From the NCBI GenBank assembly GCA_002348185.1, contig DDYW01000104.1:1-61702 (forward strand): a stretch of DNA of 61,702 bases, given 5' to 3'. The DNA comes from Candidatus Hydrogenedentes bacterium UBA2224 (GTDB lineage: Bacteria; Hydrogenedentota; Hydrogenedentia; Hydrogenedentales; SLHB01). Under the pieces are notes generated by a model that saw only the letters and a program-made list of their open reading frames with translations, was not told the DNA's origin and did no database searches. The translations under genes were made by a program, and so were the position numbers. This document shows positions 1-7,365 of the stretch, piece by piece. Numbering within the stretch: position 1 is the stretch's first letter; every line of letters begins with the position of its first letter.

Positions 1-17
1 GTTTTTTTATCCGGCGA

Positions 18-1922
18 TTAAAGATACATTCCCCGCTTGATGTTCATCCACGTAAGCTGGTCGCCGGCCGCGTAGTAGAGCCAGGTTTTCCCGTCCACCT
101 CGATGAGGTCGGGGTCCGAGGTGTTGATGCTCTCGTCGAGGCCCCGGGGCGTCAGCACCGGATTCGCCGCGCTCAATTCCCAGTGCTGGAGATCCTTCGA
201 ACGCGTGATGTAGGTCTCGAAATAGTGGCGCGGGCTGCGGTTCTCAAGATAGAGAACGTAATAGTGGCCATTCACGTACCGGATGCAGGGACAGGCCGTG
301 TACCGGTTCGTGCCGAACGTCGAATCGGGCAGCTTCGTCCAGTTCTCGAGATCCGTGGACCGCGCGAACTTCGTCGTGAAGGCCGGGTACGCCGGTTCGT
401 TGGACTCATACGCCATGACGAAACCGTCGGGGCCCGCGCACACGGAGCTGTTGAACAGGTGCTCGTTCTCCTGCGGGATAACGACGTTTGATTCCCAATG
501 GACGAGATCCGCCGATTTGAACATCGTGACGTCGTTCCAGTTGTTGTCTTCAAATCGCGACGCAAAAGCGTAAAAGACGCCGTCGTGGACTAACGCGGAC
601 GCGAGACTGTAGCCCTCCGCGAATTTGGTTAGGACCTCGCCGGTTTCGGCGTCTTTGACCAGCAGATAGTAATCTTCCCTGACGCCGCCGCTGCCCGGAC
701 GAATGCATTCCATATGGCACAGCCGGCCTTTCCAGAGAATCGGCGACAGTTCGCACAGGTTCTCCGCCACCCTCTCGACCTGCGTCATCACGGGTTTGGA
801 GGACAGGGGGGGAGGCGGGGCGATGGACTGAAACACCTCCGCCGGCCACTGTTGAAGCCGATGGATGCCTTTGGGCATGCCCTGCTGGAACTGGACGTAC
901 GCCTGGACCGCCCCCCGGGCCGTGTACCCAATCGCGTTCTCAGAGTCCGTATCGACCTTAACGCCGAAAACCTTGTAGCCCATGAGCGTGGTGTCCGTCA
1001 GGTCCACGTGAAGGTACTTGCCGTTCTGGACGCTCTGGATGATGCCGTCGGTGGGCGTCCCGGCGGGTTGCGAAAAATTCAGGGCGACCAGGCGGCATCG
1101 GTCGACCTTGATCCGCATGTAGGTGTGGAACCCGTAGTTTCCGCCCTTCAATGCGCACTGCGGACTCACCAGGGTGCAGTCCTCGAACAGGACGTCCGGG
1201 CGCTCGGGCATGCTGGGATTTTCGATGCGGATGTAGCCCCCGGCCGTGTCGCCCCACATGTCGAGCGACCACAAATTGCAGCGCCGGAACACGATGGGTT
1301 CGTCGGGACGCGACAAGCAACTCGCCACGCCGCCGCCGAAGGCGCGCCCGATGCCCACGCAATCCTCCACGATCACCGTGAAGGGCTCGATCCGGTTCGT
1401 GCAGTCCCAGAAGAGGCCGCCGTCGCTGCCGGTCGCATACAGGTTCCGCAGAACCCAGCGGTCCCAGATGATGGCCGAAAACGTCTCGTCGGTATGTGCG
1501 GGCGACCAGCCCTGGGCAGTGGCGCGAATCGTCGACCACCAGTCGTAGCTCTTGAACCCCGTGCCGGGGTCTCCCGAATCGATGATCACGTGCCCGGACG
1601 TTCCTGAGCCGAACCGGCCATCCACGTCGCCCACCAGTTCGTTGTAGGCGCCCGCCGTGCCGCTGAAGGCGGGGGAGAGCATGGCTTCCAGGTAGGTGTC
1701 GGGGCGCACGACGATACGGTGTCCGCCCTGGGCGTCGGGGACCGCGTCCAGCGCGGCCTGCAGGGTTGTGAACGCGGTGGCCCAGGACTGGCCGTCGGTA
1801 TTGCTGCCCAGTTTGGACACGTACAGCGTTACTCCCTGCCGGCCCGCCGCTTCAGGTGCGGCGCCGGTGGCCTGTCCGAGAACGGTCACGCACCCCATCA
1901 CGAGCCATGCCGCACAATGCAT
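18..1922 (-). CDS. Secreted two-domain protein: N-terminal right-handed beta-helix (DUF1565/pectate-lyase-like) plus C-terminal beta-propeller glycosidase-like domain
   Basis: Uninterrupted 634-aa ORF. The hydrophobic N-terminus (AAWLVMGCVTVLGQATGAAP) looks like a signal peptide. LYVSKLGSNTDGQSWATAFTTLQAALDAV...HRIVVRPDTY resembles the N-cap of DUF1565/pectate-lyase beta-helices. The C-terminal ~250 aa has blade-like motifs (VFYAFAS, GFVMAYE, HYYVLYLE, KTWLYYAAG). A purine-rich stretch (GGGGGGAAAG) lies upstream of the ATG at 1922. Confidence 0.75.
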   Translation of the reverse strand: MHCAAWLVMGCVTVLGQATGAAPEAAGRQGVTLYVSKLGSNTDGQSWATAFTTLQAALDAVPDAQGGHRIVVRPDTYLEAMLSPAFSGTAGAYNELVGDVDGRFGSGTSGHVIIDSGDPGTGFKSYDWWSTIRATAQGWSPAHTDETFSAIIWDRWVLRNLYATGSDGGLFWDCTNRIEPFTVIVEDCVGIGRAFGGGVASCLSRPDEPIVFRRCNLWSLDMWGDTAGGYIRIENPSMPERPDVLFEDCTLVSPQCALKGGNYGFHTYMRIKVDRCRLVALNFSQPAGTPTDGIIQSVQNGKYLHVDLTDTTLMGYKVFGVKVDTDSENAIGYTARGAVQAYVQFQQGMPKGIHRLQQWPAEVFQSIAPPPPLSSKPVMTQVERVAENLCELSPILWKGRLCHMECIRPGSGGVREDYYLLVKDAETGEVLTKFAEGYSLASALVHDGVFYAFASRFEDNNWNDVTMFKSADLVHWESNVVIPQENEHLFNSSVCAGPDGFVMAYESNEPAYPAFTTKFARSTDLENWTKLPDSTFGTNRYTACPCIRYVNGHYYVLYLENRSPRHYFETYITRSKDLQHWELSAANPVLTPRGLDESINTSDPDLIEVDGKTWLYYAAGDQLTWMNIKRGMYL

Positions 1923-2132
1923 GATACTTTCCCCCCAACGTTGTTATTTCACCAGAACGGGCTGCGCCCATAGCTATGCAAACTGGACCCTCTTCCGGGA
2001 TCCCCGGAATCCCCGTTTCACCTCTTATGGGGGATCCAGACTGATCATGGCGCGCGGTCCCGATGTTTTCAAACTCTGTGGCCAGCCCTTTTCCAAAAGA
2101 ACTCGCCAAACGCCAGATCGGTAATCTTGTTT

Positions 2133-2232
2133 CTTGTAGCGCAGGCGTCTCGCCTGCATTCCTGGCTTTTGGGGGGCGATCCGGATGCAGGCGAGACGCC
2201 TGCGCTACAAGAGGCGAGACGCCTGTGCTGCA
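2133..2232. repeat. REP-like nested palindromic element (27-bp perfect inverted repeat plus a third partial arm)
   Basis: cttgtagcgcaggcgtctcgcctgcat (2133-2159) is the exact reverse complement of atgcaggcgagacgcctgcgctacaag (2185-2211), with a 25-nt spacer. Each arm contains its own mini-palindrome, gcaggcg-tct-cgcctgc. A degenerate third arm, aggcgagacgcctgtgctgca, lies at 2212-2232. The element sits in the divergent intergenic region between 1922 and 2372. Confidence 0.85.
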
Positions 2233-2371
2233 CCGGACGGGCCCCGCGGTTCTGACCTTCCACGCATGTGCCGAACGGCTCATGGTCGGTTCCCTGGACT
2301 TTGCGCTGACCCAGGGGAATCAGATAGCCTGTACGGGCATGGATTCCACAGAATCTAAGGGAGATGCCGGT

Positions 2372-3820
2372 ATGAAATCTCATGATGCGTTCGTCGTGTG
2401 CTGTGTGATGGGACTTCTATCCGTATTCGCGGCGGTTCCCGCGCAGGGCGCTGTGTTGCAGGTTGGGGCGTCAACCGTGAGCATCACGCCCGATAAGCCC
2501 GTGGCCCTGTGCGGACAGATGTCGACGCGCATCGCACGGGAAGTGCAAAGCGAACTGCTGGCCAATGCTCTCGCTATGGAATCGCGTGACGGCGACACGG
2601 TTATTGACCAGGCAATTTTCGTGGCCTGCGATATCGTGTCCATACCCGAACACATCCGGGCGCGGGCTGTCGAACTCCTGGCGCCGCGCGTTCCGGACTT
2701 TGACGTGACCAAGCTCATCCTCAGTGGGACCCACACCCACACGGCGCCCGTGATGATCGAGGACATTTACGTCATCCCGGACGAGGACGTGATGCGGCCC
2801 GCGGAATTCTCCGAATTCTTCTCCGCGCGCATCGCCGATGCCGCGGAAGCGGCCTGGAAAAACCGCAAGCCCGCGAAGGCCGGGTGGGGCATGGGCGATG
2901 CTGTTATCGCATACAACCGCCGCTCGTTCTTCGAAGATGGCCACGGCCAGATGTACGGCGACATCAGCATCAATGAGTTTCGCGGGATCGAAGGCCCCGA
3001 AGATCACGCCGTGGAGGTGCTCTTTTTCTGGGGCGACGACGACCGCCTCATCGCGACGGCCGTGAACCTTGCCTGCACCGCCCAGGAGGTGGAAGGCCTC
3101 AGTGTCGTCAGCGCCGACTTCTGGCATCCCGTCCGGGAAGGCCTGAAGGCCAAGTATGGCGAGGAACTGGTCGTTCTCGGGTGGATCGGCGCGGCGGGGG
3201 ACCAGTCGCCCCACATCCGGTACCGCAGCGCCGCGGAGGACCGTATGCGCGAGTTGCGCGGCCTGAGCCGCCTCGACGAGATTGCCCGGCGCATCATCCG
3301 CGCCTGGGAGGAGGCCTATGAGGGCGGACAAAAAGAAAAGTTCGCGGACCTGCCGCTAGTCCACGTGGTGAAACCGATCGAATTGCCCCGGCGTCTGGTT
3401 ACGGAGCAGGAATACCAGGATACTCAGGCGGAGATCGCGGCCGCGTCGACCGAGCCGAGGGACTTCCGCCGAGTGGCGTGGCTTCAGGACGTCCTGAAAC
3501 GCTACGAAAGCCAGCAGCAGGGCGAGATTCCGCCCTATGTCATGGATCTGCACGTCCTTCGGCTGGGCGATGTGGCGATTGCCACCAATCACTTCGAGCT
3601 GTTCACCCAGTACGGCATCCAGATGAAGGCCAAGAGCAAGGCCTTGCATACCTTTGTGATCCAGCTTGCCGGGCCGGGCACCTATGTACCCACGCCGTTT
3701 GCCGCCGCGGGCAGGGGCTACAGCGCCATCGTGCCGAGCAATACGGTGGGGCCGGAAGGCGGCCAGAAGCTGGTCGATGAAACGGTCGCCGCCGTTAATG
3801 CCCTGTGGGCGGACAAATAG
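2372..3820 (+). CDS. Secreted neutral/alkaline ceramidase-like hydrolase (ceramidase_alk N-terminal-domain type)
   Basis: Track ORF 2063..3820 trimmed to the ATG at 2372, which has AAGGGAG 8 nt upstream and is followed by the signal peptide MKSHDAFVVCCVMGLLSVFAAVPAQGA. Motifs LQVGASTVSITPDKPVALCGQM and LSGTHTHTAP fit the neutral-ceramidase fold. The upstream part of the track ORF runs through the palindromic repeat. Confidence 0.75.
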   Translation: MKSHDAFVVCCVMGLLSVFAAVPAQGAVLQVGASTVSITPDKPVALCGQMSTRIAREVQSELLANALAMESRDGDTVIDQAIFVACDIVSIPEHIRARAVELLAPRVPDFDVTKLILSGTHTHTAPVMIEDIYVIPDEDVMRPAEFSEFFSARIADAAEAAWKNRKPAKAGWGMGDAVIAYNRRSFFEDGHGQMYGDISINEFRGIEGPEDHAVEVLFFWGDDDRLIATAVNLACTAQEVEGLSVVSADFWHPVREGLKAKYGEELVVLGWIGAAGDQSPHIRYRSAAEDRMRELRGLSRLDEIARRIIRAWEEAYEGGQKEKFADLPLVHVVKPIELPRRLVTEQEYQDTQAEIAAASTEPRDFRRVAWLQDVLKRYESQQQGEIPPYVMDLHVLRLGDVAIATNHFELFTQYGIQMKAKSKALHTFVIQLAGPGTYVPTPFAAAGRGYSAIVPSNTVGPEGGQKLVDETVAAVNALWADK

Positions 3821-3866
3821 CCGCCGGGGACAGGCGCGACCGGCTCGGGTGCGGATTGTGAAAGAA

Positions 3867-3903
3867 CGCCTGCTCGCTAAACTCAGACGAGCAGACGTTT
3901 TGT
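3867..3903 (+). terminator. Candidate intrinsic terminator downstream of the ceramidase-like gene (overlaps the 3' end of the convergent ATPase gene)
   Basis: Stem cctgctcg (3869-3876) pairs with cgagcag (3888-3894), plus 2 outer base pairs beyond one mismatch. The loop is 11 nt and is followed by tttt (3898-3901). Confidence 0.3.
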
Positions 3904-6696
3904 CAACCGCACGACAATTTTGCTCACCTCACGCACCCACACCACCGTACTGGCGACCGCGATGCACACCAGCCAGTCCTTGAAGCTCAGAGAGCATGTG
4001 GAGAAGGCGTCCTGCAGGAACGGCGTGTAGATGACCAGCACCTGCAGGCCCACCGAAAGGGCCAGTGCGCCCCACAGCCAGTTGTTCCGGAAAAAACCGT
4101 GAAACGCGCTGCGTTCGTCCGAACGCGCGTTAAACACGTTGAAGATCTGAAACATGACCAGGGTGGTGAACGCCATGGTCTGCGCGTAGCGCATGTCGCC
4201 GTCGCCGTCCACCAGACCGCCGGGCAGGGAGGCGTCGAGCACAAACAGCGTGCCTGCGGCGATAACCACGCCCGCCAGCACGATGGTGACCCACATGGCC
4301 GGCGTAATCACCCCTTCACGGCGCGGCCGCGGTTTGCGGCGCATGACGTCCGGGTCGGGCGGGTCCACGCCGAGGGCCAACGCGGGGGCGCCGTCCGTCA
4401 CCAGGTTGACCCAGAGGATCTGCGTGGCCAGCAGGGGCATCACTACGCCATGTCCCTGGGCGCTCAGACCAATGGACTTCGCCAGGAGCACCCCGAAAAA
4501 CATCGTCATGACCTCGCCGATGTTCGACGAGAGGAGGTATCGCAGGAATTTGCGGATGTTGTCGAAGATGGCCCGGCCTTCTTCGACCGCCGCGACGATC
4601 GTCGCGAAATTATCGTCTGTCAGGACCACGTCCGCTGCCTCGCGGGAGACGTCGGTGCCGGTGATGCCCATGGCGACCCCGATGTCGGCCGCTTTGAGCG
4701 CCGGGGCGTCGTTCACGCCGTCGCCGGTCATGGCCACCGTCTCGCCGTTCTTCTGCAGCGCTCTCACGATGCCCAGCTTATGCTCCGGATCTACCCGGGC
4801 ATAGACGAACACCTCCCGGACCGTTTCCGCCAGAGCATCCTCCGGCATCTTGGCCAGCTCCGCGCCGGTGACCGCCCGGCCCCTGGGCGCGATGCCCAGT
4901 TCCTCGGCGATGACCGCGGCGGTCGTCGGATGATCGCCCGTGATCATCATGGGGCGGATGCCGGCGCTGCGGGCCCGCTCCACCGCGGGCTTCGCCTCCG
5001 CACGCGGCGGGTCGATCATGCCGATCAGGCCCAGAAACACGAGTTCACGTTCCAGCGTCTCACTGGCGTCCTCGTGTTCGAGTGCGTCGGCGGGCAGTTC
5101 CCGCACCGCCACGCCCAGCGTACGCAATGCCTGCCGCGCGAGTTCGTCATTGGTGGCCGCGAGCTCCTGCCGGCGCGCTTCGGTCAAGGCTCTGGTTTCT
5201 GCGCCCACCTGCTCCAGCGTGCAGCGGGACAGCAGGATGTCCGGGGCCCCCTTCGTGAACACCAACAGGCGTTCGGGACGTTCGGCATCGGTGTGAACGG
5301 TCGTCATCAGTTTGCGCTCGGACGAGAACGGGACTTCCCCGATCCGCTCAAAGCGCGCGTCCAGCGTCTCATCGGGCAGACCGGCTTTTCGCGCCGCCAC
5401 GACCAGCGCGCCTTCCGTCGGGTCGCCCTGCACCGTCCATCGGCCGTCTTTCTGCTGGAGCACGGCATTGTTGGCCCGGTCGGCGGCAATCAAGGCGTGC
5501 TCCACCTCTGTGCGGAGAACGCCTTCCGGGAGCGTGTCGCCGTTTACATGCACCTTGCCTTCGGGGGCGTACCCCGTGCCTTCAAGATCTACCCGCCCGC
5601 TCGCCGTGACCACCGTCCGCACCGTCATCTCGTTTTTGGTCAGGGTACCGGTCTTGTCGGAGGCAATGATGGTGGCCGACCCCAATGTTTCGACAGCCGC
5701 CAGATGGCGCACAATGGCGTTGCGTTTGGCCATGCGCTGCACGCCCAGGGCGAGCACCGTGGTGACCACCGCGGGCAGGCCCTCTGGCACCGCCGCCACC
5801 GCCAGGGCCACGCCCAGGATGAGCGCCTCAAACAGCGCTGCCAGGCCCCGGAGATTCTCGACGAAGATCAACGTGGCGATCATCACGATCGCTATGATGA
5901 CGACAATGATCCCGAGAAACTTGCCCACCCGGTCCAGTTCCACCTGGAGCGGCGTGGTCTCCTTGGGGGCCTGTCGGAGCATGCCGGCAATGCGCCCGAG
6001 CTCGGTCTGCATGCCGGTGGCTACCACCACCGCCCGGCCGCGGCCATAGGTTGCGGCCGTCCCGCTGAAGAGCATGTTGGCGCGGTCGCCGAGTTGTGCT
6101 TCGTCCTTCATCGGGGCGGTTTCTTTGGACACCGGCAGGCTTTCCCCGGTAAGCGCCGCCTCGGCCGTCTGCAGCGCGGTAGAGTGAATCAAACGCGCGT
6201 CAGCCGGGATCCCGTCGCCTTCCTCAATCAAGATGAGGTCGCCGGGCACCAGTTCGGGCGCGGGAATCCGCCGCCGCTCGCCGTCACGCATGACGGTGGC
6301 CATCTCCGAGACCATCTGTCGCAGGGCCGCCACCGCCGATTCCGCGCGCGCTTCCTGAATGTAGCCGAGAAAGGCGTTGAGCAGCACAATGGCGAAGATG
6401 ACGATGCCTTCATAGGGAAGCGCCGAGTCCCGTTCTACAAGCCATAACACTACCGAGATCGCCGTGGCTATCAACAGCAGAATGACCAGGACATCCTTGA
6501 ATTGCGCGAGAAACTTCTTCCACGCAGGCACGGGCTCTTCCGCGGCCAGCTCGTTCCGGCCGTACTTCGCGAGTCTCGCCGTGGCCTCGGCCTGGCTTAA
6601 GCCCCGTTGCGCGTCGGCGCCCAGGGTCGCGAGAACTTCATCAATCGTCTGGCGGTATGCGGGCGCGGGCTCCTGCCCGCCGGCTATGCTGTTCAC
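3883..6696 (-). CDS. P-type cation-transporting ATPase, type IIA (Ca2+/SERCA-PMR1-like)
   Basis: 937-aa ORF with TGES (AALTGESLP), VPEGLPAV in M4, the phosphorylation motif DKTGTLT and the hinge motif TGDGVNDAPALK. It has 10-TM-like hydrophobic blocks, a GTG start at 6696 and GGAAGGA upstream. Confidence 0.92.
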   Translation of the reverse strand: MNSIAGGQEPAPAYRQTIDEVLATLGADAQRGLSQAEATARLAKYGRNELAAEEPVPAWKKFLAQFKDVLVILLLIATAISVVLWLVERDSALPYEGIVIFAIVLLNAFLGYIQEARAESAVAALRQMVSEMATVMRDGERRRIPAPELVPGDLILIEEGDGIPADARLIHSTALQTAEAALTGESLPVSKETAPMKDEAQLGDRANMLFSGTAATYGRGRAVVVATGMQTELGRIAGMLRQAPKETTPLQVELDRVGKFLGIIVVIIAIVMIATLIFVENLRGLAALFEALILGVALAVAAVPEGLPAVVTTVLALGVQRMAKRNAIVRHLAAVETLGSATIIASDKTGTLTKNEMTVRTVVTASGRVDLEGTGYAPEGKVHVNGDTLPEGVLRTEVEHALIAADRANNAVLQQKDGRWTVQGDPTEGALVVAARKAGLPDETLDARFERIGEVPFSSERKLMTTVHTDAERPERLLVFTKGAPDILLSRCTLEQVGAETRALTEARRQELAATNDELARQALRTLGVAVRELPADALEHEDASETLERELVFLGLIGMIDPPRAEAKPAVERARSAGIRPMMITGDHPTTAAVIAEELGIAPRGRAVTGAELAKMPEDALAETVREVFVYARVDPEHKLGIVRALQKNGETVAMTGDGVNDAPALKAADIGVAMGITGTDVSREAADVVLTDDNFATIVAAVEEGRAIFDNIRKFLRYLLSSNIGEVMTMFFGVLLAKSIGLSAQGHGVVMPLLATQILWVNLVTDGAPALALGVDPPDPDVMRRKPRPRREGVITPAMWVTIVLAGVVIAAGTLFVLDASLPGGLVDGDGDMRYAQTMAFTTLVMFQIFNVFNARSDERSAFHGFFRNNWLWGALALSVGLQVLVIYTPFLQDAFSTCSLSFKDWLVCIAVASTVVWVREVSKIVVRLTKRLLV

Positions 6697-6981
6697 ACTT
6701 CAATCCTTCCGGGTCTGTGCCCGGCGACGCCGTTTTCCTAAGATGGGACCACGCGGGAACAGGGGCCATTCCCGCCGGGATGGCGATAATTGTCCTTAAG
6801 TGCCTGGTCTGATCTATCCGTTTCGAACGCGGGCCGCCGGGACGTACGATGCGGTCAACGGGAAGATGTTAGTTTATCACAACGAACCACTCCGACGCCT
6901 CAACCCGACCATGCGGATCCGCGAGGCCATCTCCGCCAGAGGGTGAAGATTCGCACACCGGTTTTGAGTTTCGGCGTCGTG

Positions 6982-7150
6982 ATTGTCTGCCGTCCCTACG
7001 GGACTCGTGCAGTGAGGGACACGGGGGTTCCCATCACTGAAGTGGTGGGCTATTGTCTGTCGTCCCTACGGGACTCGGGGTTTGAGGGGCACGGGGGTTC
7101 CCATCACTGAAGTGGTGGGCTATTGTCTGCCGTCCCTACGGGACTCGGGG
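6982..7150. repeat. 70-bp-period tandem repeat (about 2.4 units), each unit carrying two small hairpins
   Basis: 7020-7080 and 7090-7150 are identical except for one position (t7060 / c7130). A partial unit (attgtctgccgtccctacgggactcg) lies at 6982-7007. Hairpin 1 is cccatcac-tgaa-gtggtggg (7030-7049, one T:G wobble). Hairpin 2 is gtccc-tac-gggac (7062-7074). Both recur 70 bp later. Confidence 0.9.
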
Positions 7151-7365
7151 GACCGGGAACATGCCTCACCAAGGCAAAGCAAGGGCGCCAAATCCGCGTG
7201 TTCCGGTCTTGTGTCCCCCGCGGATGCGTCGGCTTATGCTCCCGCGCGCAAAAGCAGATGCGTTTCAGTAGTCTGGCTTCGAGTTAGCCGACGATTGGGG
7301 TGCACACTGTTATCTGCCAATTAACGTGGTAGGATGGACTGCATGACGAAAAGGAGCGTCCAGCC

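Noticed and set aside
2063-2371. N-terminal extensions given by the ORF track: 2063..3820, 14549..16237, 18923..20536, 22593..23768, 29863..32694, 46655..48343, 50195..52252, 57236..58618 and 60259..61353, among others.
   Set aside because: In each case an internal ATG is preceded by a good SD and followed immediately by a signal peptide, a TM helix or the conserved domain start. The upstream extension is Arg/Pro-rich, overlaps a neighbouring gene or runs through a repeat element.
4099-6447. Very long antisense ORFs opposite real genes. Examples are 4099..6447(+), 8242..9954(-), 12766..13773(-), 14495..16492(-), 19115..20803(-), 22272..23765(-), 23858..27163(-), 34497..36740(-), 42852..44060(-), 52005..53522(-) and 60073..61260(+).
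   Set aside because: Their translations are Arg/Gly/Pro/His-rich and low in complexity, with no recognisable motifs, signal peptides or SD sequences. Each lies opposite a gene with strong family signatures. This is the usual stop-codon-poor shadow-frame effect in GC-rich DNA.
6697-6960. A metal-sensing leader (for example a yybP-ykoY Mn2+ riboswitch) upstream of the P-type ATPase.
   Set aside because: No recognisable conserved yybP-ykoY blocks appear on the minus strand, only short generic GC hairpins. The ATPase motifs point to a Ca2+-type pump rather than a Mn2+ exporter.
6982-7150. Possible mini CRISPR array: a 26-nt repeat, attgtctg(c/t)cgtccctacgggactcg, recurring three times with a 70-bp period.
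   Set aside because: The would-be spacers are themselves nearly identical to each other (cacgggggttcccatcactgaagtggtgggct in both). It is therefore a tandem duplication of a 70-bp unit, not repeat-spacer architecture. No cas genes are present in the window.
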